A stretch of 64,000 nucleotides of DNA from a virus. Each line of letters begins with the position of its first letter. Within the stretch, counting starts at the first letter, position 1. The position numbers and the translations under genes are program-made. This document shows, piece by piece, positions 9,549 to 19,168 of the stretch. The notes under the pieces were generated by a model. It was not told the DNA's origin and made no database searches. It saw nothing but the letters and a program-made list of their open reading frames with translations. The stretch covers positions 42,052 through 106,051 of the IMG/VR virus record IMGVR_UViG_3300026382_000010, one strand, 5' to 3'.

Positions 9549-10292
9549 ATGAACGATATTGTTTATGTAATTGCATTTGTAGGAAGAAAAGGATCCGGAA
9601 AAACAACTGCAGCACAATATCTAGTGGAAAAATACGGTTTTCATAAAGTATCTTTTGCCAAACCTTTAAAAGATTTAGTTGCAAGTCTTGGAGTTAATAA
9701 AGAAGGTGAACTTTTAAATCCTGCTCTTAAAGATTTCTCAATGCAAAAACTAATTGATTATGTAATTACGGGTTTAAGAAATTTTGAACCAAATTTACCA
9801 ATTTCTCATAGTGTAGCTTCAATTATTGCTGCAAGTATTTATCATTATTACCACTCCGATAATATTGAAGATAGAAAACGCATTGCTAGAAAACTTTTGC
9901 AATTTATCGGTACAGATGTATTTAGAGCATGGCGTTCAGATTATTGGGTAGCTAAAGCAATTGGTATGATTCAAACTCTTATAAAACAGGGAATTACTAA
10001 GATAACTATTGACGATATGCGATTTCCAAATGAATTCCAAGCTATTTTAGAATTTTCAGATGTTTACGTAGTTAACGATAAAATCTACAATGTTTTTAGA
10101 TACATTGTAGGAATTATTGGAAAAACAGATAACGACGAGCATCCATCTGAAACTGAAGTTGATAAATTAATTCCGAAATGTCATAGTATTATTCATAATA
10201 CCTATGATGAGAAATTTTTTGAGCATCTAGATAGACTGCTTGAGGAGGTTAATATAAAAGTACGAAATGTAGAAACTGCAGATGGAGCTTAA
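9549..10292 (+). CDS. Deoxynucleoside monophosphate kinase (T4 gp1-like)
   Basis: P-loop GRKGSGKTT, SFAKPLKD, RKLLQFIGTD, DDMRFPNE, HPSE; AGGAGG SD. Confidence 0.9.
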   Translation: MNDIVYVIAFVGRKGSGKTTAAQYLVEKYGFHKVSFAKPLKDLVASLGVNKEGELLNPALKDFSMQKLIDYVITGLRNFEPNLPISHSVASIIAASIYHYYHSDNIEDRKRIARKLLQFIGTDVFRAWRSDYWVAKAIGMIQTLIKQGITKITIDDMRFPNEFQAILEFSDVYVVNDKIYNVFRYIVGIIGKTDNDEHPSETEVDKLIPKCHSIIHNTYDEKFFEHLDRLLEEVNIKVRNVETADGA

Positions 10293-10581
10293 AGAACGCG
10301 ATCTTCAACTTTTAGAAAAGTATTTAGGTAAAGATGGTTTAAAGGAATACTTATTCAAGCAAACCCAACTGGAAATTATCAGAGCATCTGTACGTCCAAT
10401 TCTTACGATTTTAATAATTGGACTCTTTATGATTGCATTGATCATAGGATTATATACTCATCAGCTTTCGTATAAAGAATTTCTACTTTCAATTTCAGGA
10501 ACCGTATCCACATTAATTGGCTTTTGGTTTGGAGAACGTGCAGCTTTGAAAAATCCAAATGCAAATAATACTCTAGATTAA
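10282..10581 (+). CDS. Putative holin-like membrane protein
   Basis: 99 aa; VRP before TM1, second TM ending in IGFWFGER, as in small phage holins. Confidence 0.6.
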   Translation: MELKERDLQLLEKYLGKDGLKEYLFKQTQLEIIRASVRPILTILIIGLFMIALIIGLYTHQLSYKEFLLSISGTVSTLIGFWFGERAALKNPNANNTLD

Positions 10582-10610
10582 TCAATCCTTAAATTTTCAA
10601 TGGTAAAACA

Positions 10611-11348
10611 ATGAGTGCAATTCGTACTTATGACAACATTAGTTTAGATGATGTGATTGAAAAATGGGCTCAAGATGTAGCAGAATATTGGTTTCCTTCG
10701 TATCGCGACAGGTTTATTAGTTTACTGCGCTACTCTGAATTCAGAACCTATCAATTTACCGATTACGTAAATGAAATTATGCAGTATTACTTTGAAAACT
10801 GGAGTGAGAAACGGCTAAAAATTTATTTCTTCGAGTTTTTTAGAAAGCAAGTGTTTATTCAAACAGAAGATTCCGAAGGAAATATTCATTATATTCCAGT
10901 TCAATCATGGTGTAATTTTACCCCAGATTATATTATTTTCCATTACAAGTATAACAAAATAACTATCCCACGAAAAACTGCAGAGGATTTAATACCAGAG
11001 GAATATGTAAAAGGTTTCCTTTATGCTCAAGCAAAAAATAATGTGAGAGTTCCAACGTTAGCATTCGGAATTCAAGAAGTATACGATGTGCTCTACAGAT
11101 ATTATCAAGGATTTGCTACATTACAAGATGTTGATAAAGTTTTAGCTAAACATTCAATCAACTATTTCCCTTTTCCAAATTTAATTCAACCAAAATCTAA
11201 ACTCGACTGGGAATGGATAAAGAAGTACGTCTATCATATTGCGTGGGTTAATTTATATGAAAGTGAAGCTTGTACATTTGAACGACTTGTTGAAATCGGG
11301 CCAAAATTTTACCGTCATGAAATTTACAACTTTGTATATTTACTTTAA
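10611..11348 (+). CDS. Hypothetical protein
   Basis: 245 aa aromatic-rich ORF. Confidence 0.7.
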   Translation: MSAIRTYDNISLDDVIEKWAQDVAEYWFPSYRDRFISLLRYSEFRTYQFTDYVNEIMQYYFENWSEKRLKIYFFEFFRKQVFIQTEDSEGNIHYIPVQSWCNFTPDYIIFHYKYNKITIPRKTAEDLIPEEYVKGFLYAQAKNNVRVPTLAFGIQEVYDVLYRYYQGFATLQDVDKVLAKHSINYFPFPNLIQPKSKLDWEWIKKYVYHIAWVNLYESEACTFERLVEIGPKFYRHEIYNFVYLL

Positions 11349-11368
11349 AGAGAAGGTGGTATGTAAAA

Positions 11369-12049
11369 ATGAGCTGTCCCTGTAGAAAATACAGTCGTGT
11401 AAATAAACCAACTGTACAAAAAAAGCTATATGTGTATACTGGATGCTGCGGATCTTACAACAAAGACTATCTTGATGCATGTCTTAAGATGCTTTCTCGG
11501 TTTTTCAAAATTATTATTGCAGATTTACCATGTTGCGGAATGAATACTTGGTATCTTAATCCAAATTTAACTATAGCCCGTCTAGCAAATCTAAACAAAA
11601 TCATTATTGATCACATTCCCATTGTTAGCTTATGTAGTTCATGTACATTGAGTTTGGGATTTGTATTTGCACTTCATTATAGCGAAAAATTCGGTTTACT
11701 AAAGGATTTGCTATCCATATGTACTCAATATTATATGCCAAATATAGTACGAGCATTAAACGCAAAAAGAACTCTATTGGTTGTAGGTATGCATAATTTA
11801 TATACTTTTGGTATTGAGTACTACAAATTTCAACAAAGTAAATTACGTGCATTCATACCAACTATTTCAATTTTTGAACTCAATACTACATTAACAACTG
11901 AAATGTATTACAAAGAACCATATAACTCTCAATACATAGAAACTCTAAAGCGAATCTCTAGACAGTATGATCTAGTTGTAACTACGGCAATTAATATCGC
12001 AAATGAATTGGATTTTACAGTTTACTTACCAACTTTATTATCTGCATAA
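11369..12049 (+). CDS. CCG-domain (HdrB/GlpC-like) Fe-S protein
   Basis: YVYTGC(26)...LPCCG(55-57)...IVSLCSSC(89,92) matches the CCG cysteine motif. The C-terminal half (VVGMH...DLVVTT) looks like a degenerate second CCG domain. Confidence 0.7.
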   Translation: MSCPCRKYSRVNKPTVQKKLYVYTGCCGSYNKDYLDACLKMLSRFFKIIIADLPCCGMNTWYLNPNLTIARLANLNKIIIDHIPIVSLCSSCTLSLGFVFALHYSEKFGLLKDLLSICTQYYMPNIVRALNAKRTLLVVGMHNLYTFGIEYYKFQQSKLRAFIPTISIFELNTTLTTEMYYKEPYNSQYIETLKRISRQYDLVVTTAINIANELDFTVYLPTLLSA

Positions 12050-12086
12050 ATAATTCATGACAAAAAACATAAAGGAGGTATTTTTT

Positions 12087-12728
12087 ATGTGTACTACTAT
12101 CATGTATCACGGAAAGCTTTCACTATTTAAGCAAATCATTCCTACGCCAGAAAAATTAAAACGTATTTGGTTTTATCGCGGATATGATGCTTTGGGACAT
12201 CTATTTATCAACTATAGCACAAATTTTGCAAAAAAATACGTTGGTCATTTTTGGGATAAAGAGCATAGTTCAGAAAATATAAAGGAGGTTTTTGAGAAAG
12301 CAGTTTACAATATTTACGAGCGAAAGCATAAAGGCGATCCTGAAGTACTAATTGCTTTATATGCGCGTGCAATTCCGGAAACTGAACCAATCGATACCCA
12401 TTTACCTTTAATTCTAGAAATTCAACCACTGGATTTGCGCGACTATATTTTTTTACATCATGGTATAGTATACGAGTTTGATAACGTAAAGGTAACTGAC
12501 GAAATAATCGATACTCAACTTGTTGCATTTTATATCGACTCGATGTCTGAAAAACTTGAAGTATCTGAAATAGCAAGACATCTAAAAGAGAAAACCAAAG
12601 GAATGTCTCTATACATTCTCTACCACAAAATGCTAAAGAAAATTATCGTCGTGGAAGCAGGGTTAAAAGCATTTACTTATCAGTTTAAGGATGGAATGCT
12701 CGTATCAAATTTTGCACTCTTTGTATAA
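12087..12728 (+). CDS. Class II (Ntn) glutamine amidotransferase, stand-alone partner of QueC
   Basis: AGGAGG SD places the start at ATG-TGT (N-terminal Cys nucleophile); RGYD, ARAIPETE, HHGIV, IDTQ motifs. Confidence 0.8.
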   Translation: MCTTIMYHGKLSLFKQIIPTPEKLKRIWFYRGYDALGHLFINYSTNFAKKYVGHFWDKEHSSENIKEVFEKAVYNIYERKHKGDPEVLIALYARAIPETEPIDTHLPLILEIQPLDLRDYIFLHHGIVYEFDNVKVTDEIIDTQLVAFYIDSMSEKLEVSEIARHLKEKTKGMSLYILYHKMLKKIIVVEAGLKAFTYQFKDGMLVSNFALFV

Positions 12729-12759
12729 AAAAGAAGAAGGAAAAAGGAGGTATATAAAA

Positions 12760-13467
12760 ATGCTATATCGAAATCTTACAGTACAAGTAGATCCTATTGA
12801 AAGAAAATTTTATCTTGAGGGAAATGTAAACTGTAAAACTGCACTTGTTTTATACTCCTCAGGATTGGAATCAATCACCAACGTCTATCTTTTATTACGC
12901 TTGAATATAAAACCATACTTGCTTCACTTTACATACAATCATTTGGCCGCAGAAATTGAACTCATAAAAACAAGAGAGCTTGCAAAAAAATTAAATCTAC
13001 CGCTTTACATCATTGAAATGCCTGAATTGGCACCTATCTCTAATTTTGATGAAGAAGAAGCAGAATCTAGTTCACATTACATTCCTGTTCGTAATACGCT
13101 TTTTATTACTTACGCTCTAAAAATTGCTGAAGAAAATCAATTGGACGCAGTAGTATTGGGAGCAAATTTATCAGAATCTATGACTTATCCTGATAACTCC
13201 TACCCATATATATTTGGATTCGGATATGTTGCAAATTACGCAACGCAATTTCCAAATACTGTGACTATCTTAACCCCTTTAATAAACCTAACGAAAACAT
13301 ATCTCGTAAAATTGGGCGAACTACTAAATGTAGATTATTCAATGTCAAATTCATGCTACTATCCAAATGAAAATGGAGAGCCATGTAATAAGTGTGGTTC
13401 ATGTATTTTACGAAACATAGCATTTGAGCGTGCAGAAGAACTCGGGAGGTTTACACTGACTTTCTAG
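12760..13467 (+). CDS. queC: QueC-family 7-cyano-7-deazaguanine synthase (Gat-QueC type)
   Basis: PP-loop variant SSGLES, YIPVRN, YPDN, PL..L.K, Zn motif SCYY-x-PCNKCGSC; AGGAGG SD before ATG 12760. Confidence 0.88.
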   Translation: MLYRNLTVQVDPIERKFYLEGNVNCKTALVLYSSGLESITNVYLLLRLNIKPYLLHFTYNHLAAEIELIKTRELAKKLNLPLYIIEMPELAPISNFDEEEAESSSHYIPVRNTLFITYALKIAEENQLDAVVLGANLSESMTYPDNSYPYIFGFGYVANYATQFPNTVTILTPLINLTKTYLVKLGELLNVDYSMSNSCYYPNENGEPCNKCGSCILRNIAFERAEELGRFTLTF

Positions 13468-13505
13468 TAGGTGTATAAGTTCAAAGGACGGCAAGCAATT
13501 GTAAA

Positions 13506-13922
13506 ATGCTTGATAGGGAAACAATAACTGCGTTCAAAGTATTTGTTGATAGCTATCCATTACATTCTCTATTGTTTTTAATAGCGATAATTATTTTTGG
13601 ATTGATAATTCTTATTTCAAAATTAGGACTGAAATTTGGGAAAAAGTCTAGCTCTAATGATAATGAACAAAGCAAAACTAAGGATGTAGATATTGATGAA
13701 CTCATCAAGGAATTGCGCGAGACATCAAGCAAACTCGAAGCAATATTAAATCAAATGAGACAAGAAATGCAAACTGATACCAAATTAAGGGATAAGGATT
13801 TTAATCGCATTTTCGACGAGTTTAAACACATTCATGAGCGTTTAGATAAAATATATCTACAGGTGGAGGTAATAGTTACAAAGCTTGATTCATTGCTTAG
13901 AACCGATAAGTTTTTACGTTAA
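13506..13922 (+). CDS. Single-TM coiled-coil membrane protein (possible lysis accessory)
   Basis: N-proximal hydrophobic helix LLFLIAIIIFGLIILI followed by a heptad-like charged region. Confidence 0.55.
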   Translation: MLDRETITAFKVFVDSYPLHSLLFLIAIIIFGLIILISKLGLKFGKKSSSNDNEQSKTKDVDIDELIKELRETSSKLEAILNQMRQEMQTDTKLRDKDFNRIFDEFKHIHERLDKIYLQVEVIVTKLDSLLRTDKFLR

Positions 13923-13966
13923 TCAAAGGATGGTATTATTAAGTACATATTAATAAACGGGTAACA

Positions 13967-14770
13967 ATGAAGTTACGTTGTAAGGTAGATTGTAATTTAT
14001 GTAGGGATCCTGGGGATTTTTACTACGTCCTTAAGGAATTAGAAATCAAATCAGTTAATCAATCCGAATTACTATTAAAGTTTGACTCATTTAGGTTATT
14101 CAGATTATTTGTGAAAATTGATACGCATAAAGCGGACTTGTATAAATTTCGCTCAAAAATTTTCGAGTCTTTAATTGCATTTGATCATAAGTTTAAAGAG
14201 AATACGTATGCAATAGTTTATACTTTACTACAGCAACTTATTAACATATACGATATTTTAAGCCGACTTATTGTATATTACAATGGTCATATTTGGAATG
14301 AATGTGAGTATGCTCAGTCTTCCATTTTTATACGACTGTGTGAATTTGTATGTAAACAGATTCGCACTATTCTTGAAAAATGTGGTTTTGAGTCAGATAT
14401 TTTTAAGGAGCATGTTGAGGAATTATATCTAAAACCATTTCAACTAGTATTCAAACATCTAGAGCAGGAACGCCATAAACTTACAGATATTGATTTTTTA
14501 GATACACTTGTTACATACATTTTCTACCTTGCAGAATTCTACTTCTATTGCACTGTGAATTTTGACTTTTACATTAGTAATCTATCCGTCATCTATATTG
14601 GACCATCATTTTTATACTTTAAGAAAACATTTGAGATTGATTACGTGCAATTCTTTATAGACATATTTACTGCGCGCTTTAAAAACATTGTGATTAAAAC
14701 TAGCGAATATGATATTCTTACAAAATTGCAAGAATATGAAACTGAAACCGTTAAAGTTTGTTTAATGTAA
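13967..14770 (+). CDS. Hypothetical helical protein
   Basis: 267 aa ORF. Confidence 0.7.
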   Translation: MKLRCKVDCNLCRDPGDFYYVLKELEIKSVNQSELLLKFDSFRLFRLFVKIDTHKADLYKFRSKIFESLIAFDHKFKENTYAIVYTLLQQLINIYDILSRLIVYYNGHIWNECEYAQSSIFIRLCEFVCKQIRTILEKCGFESDIFKEHVEELYLKPFQLVFKHLEQERHKLTDIDFLDTLVTYIFYLAEFYFYCTVNFDFYISNLSVIYIGPSFLYFKKTFEIDYVQFFIDIFTARFKNIVIKTSEYDILTKLQEYETETVKVCLM

Positions 14771-14798
14771 AATTAGTAGAAAAAGGAGGGTACTAGTA

Positions 14799-15653
14799 AT
14801 GCCTATTAAAGTAAAACATCCTACTTACGAAGTTATAACTCCGGTTTTTGGAAAAAAGGTACTCGTACGTGGTCTCACATTCAAAGAAGAAATAGCATTG
14901 CGTGAATCCGTTACTATGTACAACAAACAAGCATCCTATTTATATCTTCATGCAATTTACAATTGCATCGAAAACAAAGAAGTTTATAAAAATGACTTTG
15001 AGTACTTTTTAACCCATACAATTGATGATGATCTTGCCGCAATCGTACTTGGAATTGCAATATTAACCGTACCCGAAAAGAAATTGAGTTTTTCAGTAAC
15101 TTGTCCCAATTGTAAAAAAGAAAATACATATTCAATACCCTTTGAAAATTTGATAACCGATATAAAAGTAAATCAAAACAATGAGCCAATTTTCGATGCA
15201 AAATCCGTAATTTCACTCCCCGAAAGAGATATCGAAATCAGTGTATCCTTCCCAAATTATAAGAAAGCTATTATAATAAATGACATTATAGGTACGCTTT
15301 CGTCAGATAAAAGCCTTTGGCCTAAATACAATATAACCGAAATCAATTTACCTCTAATTACAACTGCATTACTTCAATGCTTAATTATTGATGGGGTAAA
15401 ACAGATATCTACTGGCGAATCTGTTACAATTAGCTGGAATCAAGAAGATCCAAATTTCTTAGATACCATAATGGAATTAGTTAAAGTTATCGCTGAATTT
15501 GATGCTGAAATCTTGGAAAAGGTAAACTCTTGGGCACCTTTAAACAAATACTACTTAAAGATGGAGTTTAAGGCAAATTGTAAAAATTGTAATCATGCGT
15601 TACAGGGGGATCTAAAATCCACTGTTATAAATCTTTTTCGTCCAGGATCTTAA
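14799..15653 (+). CDS. Baseplate hub/tail assembly chaperone (T4 gp26-like)
   Basis: PTYEVITP..GKKV.VR.LTFKEE N-terminus, two CxxC motifs (CPNC, CKNC), LFRP end; AGGAGG SD. Confidence 0.75.
   Translation: MPIKVKHPTYEVITPVFGKKVLVRGLTFKEEIALRESVTMYNKQASYLYLHAIYNCIENKEVYKNDFEYFLTHTIDDDLAAIVLGIAILTVPEKKLSFSVTCPNCKKENTYSIPFENLITDIKVNQNNEPIFDAKSVISLPERDIEISVSFPNYKKAIIINDIIGTLSSDKSLWPKYNITEINLPLITTALLQCLIIDGVKQISTGESVTISWNQEDPNFLDTIMELVKVIAEFDAEILEKVNSWAPLNKYYLKMEFKANCKNCNHALQGDLKSTVINLFRPGS
15633..15642 (+). other. Candidate programmed ribosomal frameshift site CTT-TTT-CGT-C (+1 or -2)
   Basis: The +1 frame is open from 15631 to TGA 15945 with no ATG/SD near its start; UUU-CGU is a known +1 shift motif. 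Confidence 0.55.
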
Positions 15654-15945
15654 GAATTTTGAAACTACTTTATTTGCAGAAGTTTTATACTTTTTGGGAG
15701 TGGATCCTACGTTTCTATATAAGCTTCCGCGAAAGAAAATTGTTAAAATTATGGAGAAAATTTACAAATTTGAAAAACAGTTTAAATTCATTGCTTCTAA
15801 AATGGCAGATCGGTACATTCTTTTACAAGATGGTACACTTGAAGCTGGTGAAGATGTAAGCGATATACAAAGAAAGCTATCGCAAGTTGAAACCGTATCA
15901 AATCACTTCAAGAAATTTGAAAGGAGAATTCCTAAGAAAGAATGA
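15640..15945 (+). CDS. C-terminal extension of the tail chaperone (frameshift product; gp51/gpT-like)
   Basis: VQDLKNFETTLFAEVLYFLGVDPTFLYKLPRKK...; its stop overlaps the gp25 start (ATGA). Confidence 0.6.
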   Translation, partial: VQDLKNFETTLFAEVLYFLGVDPTFLYKLPRKKIVKIMEKIYKFEKQFKFIASKMADRYILLQDGTLEAGEDVSDIQRKLSQVETVSNHFKKFERRIPKKE

Positions 15946-16343
15946 TAGATCTTCAGCCTTTCATTCAACCAAATGCAGTAGATTTGCAATGTCTTACTGA
16001 TTATACTCAATTTATCGTAAGGGATATTTTAACTCTACTTACATATCCAAAGGGTGCTAAAATTTACGATCGTCTTTTCGGTTCCGAAGTTTTAAATAGA
16101 GTATTTGACAATCTAGATGACTTACTACGAAAACAACTTGAATCCGATTTGACTTATGCATTATCACAAAGTCAAATTTTTGACTTAGTAAATGTAATTG
16201 TAAAGCGCATTGAAAATAAAGAATTATATGCTGAAATTACGCTGAAGTTAAAAACAAAGGATTTAACTTATCGAATCCTTTTGAAAATTGCTGACAAATA
16301 CGTATCTATACTAAATATCGAAAAAGTACTCGGGGTACTCTAA
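15942..16343 (+). CDS. Baseplate wedge protein (T4 gp25/GPW-like)
   Basis: ILTLLTYPKGAKIYDRLFGS..L..VFD signature. Confidence 0.85.
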   Translation: MIDLQPFIQPNAVDLQCLTDYTQFIVRDILTLLTYPKGAKIYDRLFGSEVLNRVFDNLDDLLRKQLESDLTYALSQSQIFDLVNVIVKRIENKELYAEITLKLKTKDLTYRILLKIADKYVSILNIEKVLGVL

Positions 16344-16346
16344 AAT

Positions 16347-17261
16347 ATGATTTTCAATCCACTTGATTATCAACTAGACTATTTAAAAGCATTGCATTTG
16401 ATTTATAGTGCATTTCCAGCTCCTATTAAATGTCAGTATTTCCAAGCGCAAATGCAACCTAACCTAACAACTCAAACTTCACTATATTCTCATGAACTCG
16501 ACTCCTACTCAAGCTTGCGCTATTTACAATTTGTAGACTTACCAGTATATATGATTGATTCTGGATACACAAAAACTCAAGAAGCAAATGAAACTGGAGT
16601 AATTTTCCGTCAAGATGAAATTAACATAGTTTTTCCATCTCATTTTGGTATTGAGCCTACAAATGCTGATAAGATTGCTTTCACAAGCGTTAATCATAAT
16701 CGCTTGTTTAAAGTAGTAAATATTCAAATTTCAAATTTCTTTGAAAAAGCTCCATTACGTTTCTACCGTCTAACTCTACAGGTTGATAAATACGAAATAT
16801 CTAAAATTTTTGAACGTGTAGATAAAAAGTACATTTTAAACTATGACGTTTGGTACTTTTTTGAAGAGTCCAAGTTCAAACGATATACGGCATTTTTAAA
16901 TTTTCTCGACACATGTCTAAAGGCTTTAGATATGCAGGTTGATGAATGCGTTAACAATGTACTTGCATATTTATATGAGCAATACAAAGTAATCTGGAAT
17001 ATATTACTTGCAAAATACATGTACAATAATTTCCAACTTTTAAGCTATGACTCATTAAATCCATGTATCTTGATTCTTAGGGGATTACCAAGTGATGATC
17101 CAAATGCTTTAACCTTTAAGCAGTACTTGGAAGATCGTAAAATACAGGCAACTAAAGATGGACAAATACCATCATTGACAAGCAATGATAAATTCTACTT
17201 ACTTGCATGTACATATTATGCATTTCAATATTTAGATACGCTATTAAAAAATCCAAGGTAG
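16347..17261 (+). CDS. Putative virion neck/head-closure-type structural protein
   Basis: IEP...DKI.F...LFKVVNI beta-barrel-like motif and structural context; weak call. Confidence 0.4.
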   Translation: MIFNPLDYQLDYLKALHLIYSAFPAPIKCQYFQAQMQPNLTTQTSLYSHELDSYSSLRYLQFVDLPVYMIDSGYTKTQEANETGVIFRQDEINIVFPSHFGIEPTNADKIAFTSVNHNRLFKVVNIQISNFFEKAPLRFYRLTLQVDKYEISKIFERVDKKYILNYDVWYFFEESKFKRYTAFLNFLDTCLKALDMQVDECVNNVLAYLYEQYKVIWNILLAKYMYNNFQLLSYDSLNPCILILRGLPSDDPNALTFKQYLEDRKIQATKDGQIPSLTSNDKFYLLACTYYAFQYLDTLLKNPR

Positions 17262-17264
17262 TAG

Positions 17265-19148
17265 ATGGCATTAACTACTGATACTTTTATCAAACAGTAT
17301 ATCGATTACGTTAATAATGCTGATTCCTCGTTAACTCTTGATTTTATCCTATCACAATATCCTGAATACTACAAATCCTTTAAGTTTGCAAATGTTTTAG
17401 CAGAATTTCTTGCAAAACGAAGTGTTGGTATTATAAATTATGCGACATCCTATTTTGAGCCTTCCTATTTAACAGGTAAAAACTTTCTCAAAACTATGTC
17501 ATTTTTATACATTGATTACCTTTTTGATGTTGAAGCAGTTGATATCTTACAACAACGAATGGTTTATCAAATTAGACATCTATTTTCAAGGCTTGCAATT
17601 AATGAGCTTATAGAAAATATCCTGTCAATTTTAAAAGTCTATCAATTGATATGTGATCAAGTTGTTTTAGTTAACAAAGATCCAATAACGTTTGTAACAA
17701 AAGATACTGGTTTGCTACTTGATACAAACACCGTTTTAAAAAGACTTCGCTTGGATCCTAAGGTTATCGAGCAACTAACAGTACCTACATTTACATCCTT
17801 ATACTTTATCGGGAAAATTGAGTATGTAAAAGAAATCCGTACGGAGTTATTTTTTCTCAATACATTGGCATATGTTGCATACTACAACTATAAACGCCAC
17901 GGTATACTAGAGAAAACTTTACAGCCTTTTACAGAAACAAACGAACTCTACTCGTTTTTAGAAATTTATTTGGCTCGTCAGTTTATTTTACATTTGATAG
18001 GCGTAAATGTCGATTTTCAGCAATTTTTACTACTAACTGAAGACAATGAGTATTTAATTTCGGAGTACATTAAATATACATATGCTGGCTACTTTACAAC
18101 TCCAGAGATTAGAGATAAAGTAGTTCAATTATGCGTTGAATATGTAAAACAACGTATTTTCGAATATTTAGATTTTCGTACTTATTTGCAAGAACATGTA
18201 GAGCTTGATCCATTACTTGAAAAATTTGCAAGCAAGTTTTATGAAGAATGTAAAGGTTTTAAGATTTTAGAGCATGCGGCGTATTTCGCCGCAACTACAT
18301 TTTACGATAGGTATACTACACAATTAGGATTTGAAGAAAATCTAACGGAAAAGTTTAATGAGTTTGTTAGTTATTATACTGTTGATTTAACCAAAACTCA
18401 TAAAGAAGAATTTGAAGTTTTTACCAACTTTGAGTTGTTAAAAGAAATCAATTACGACTTGTATCTCATTACCGTAAACATAGCATATTACACATATGTA
18501 GTAAAACAGTTTCCAGAAAGTGAGTGTTTTAAATTCATTGCCACATTAATTGACGCGATAAACTACTATTTAATTCAACTTAAATACGAAAAATGTCTTC
18601 TTACGAACTACTATAATTTTAAAGAGTCAATTGCTAGTTTCTTGCAAATTTATCGTAAGATTTTTCCATATTATGTAACTTTTTATTCCGACGAGTCTAT
18701 ATATTTGCAATTTGAGTCGGTATTTGAAACTTTGAACATTACGGATTTACAAAGAGCTTTAACTATTTTAATTTACCCATTTGAAAGACTTCCCCTTCAA
18801 GAACATTGCGAAAAACTAATTGAGAAATACAACAATACTTTTTACGCATATTTAGATCGCATCATTTGTTATCTTCCTTACACCGGGGTAATTTATTACG
18901 ATCAATCTAAATTTGTATACAACTGGACTCTAGATGGTGTAAAGCCAGATTCTAGTGCAATTGATAATACAAAGTGTCAATCGTTTAATACAATTTACGA
19001 AGATATTATTTTGGGAGAGTATAGCGACTGGATTTTATTTGAAGAGTTTGGATTGTTTAAAGATATGAGCGTTGACTATAGTATTAAAACTTTTGATTCA
19101 AATGGAACTCTTTTAAAGGAAGTAACTTATACACGAACCAGAATCTAA
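17265..19148 (+). CDS. Hypothetical structural (baseplate-region) protein
   Basis: 627 aa, lies between gp25 and the sheath; DSN near the C-terminus. Confidence 0.55.
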   Translation: MALTTDTFIKQYIDYVNNADSSLTLDFILSQYPEYYKSFKFANVLAEFLAKRSVGIINYATSYFEPSYLTGKNFLKTMSFLYIDYLFDVEAVDILQQRMVYQIRHLFSRLAINELIENILSILKVYQLICDQVVLVNKDPITFVTKDTGLLLDTNTVLKRLRLDPKVIEQLTVPTFTSLYFIGKIEYVKEIRTELFFLNTLAYVAYYNYKRHGILEKTLQPFTETNELYSFLEIYLARQFILHLIGVNVDFQQFLLLTEDNEYLISEYIKYTYAGYFTTPEIRDKVVQLCVEYVKQRIFEYLDFRTYLQEHVELDPLLEKFASKFYEECKGFKILEHAAYFAATTFYDRYTTQLGFEENLTEKFNEFVSYYTVDLTKTHKEEFEVFTNFELLKEINYDLYLITVNIAYYTYVVKQFPESECFKFIATLIDAINYYLIQLKYEKCLLTNYYNFKESIASFLQIYRKIFPYYVTFYSDESIYLQFESVFETLNITDLQRALTILIYPFERLPLQEHCEKLIEKYNNTFYAYLDRIICYLPYTGVIYYDQSKFVYNWTLDGVKPDSSAIDNTKCQSFNTIYEDIILGEYSDWILFEEFGLFKDMSVDYSIKTFDSNGTLLKEVTYTRTRI

Positions 19149-19168
19149 CAGTTATTAGGAGGAATGCT

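Noticed and set aside
3489-13467. QueC plus glycosylase plus GATase as a Qat or type IV CBASS defence system
   Set aside because: No CD-NTase, TGT, KAP ATPase or TatD seen; genes are not contiguous and the context is a lytic phage.
15659-15859. 66 aa ORF in the -1 frame as the chaperone frameshift product
   Set aside because: No canonical X-XXY-YYZ slippery heptamer, less protein-like sequence, and it does not couple to gp25, whereas the +1 frame does.
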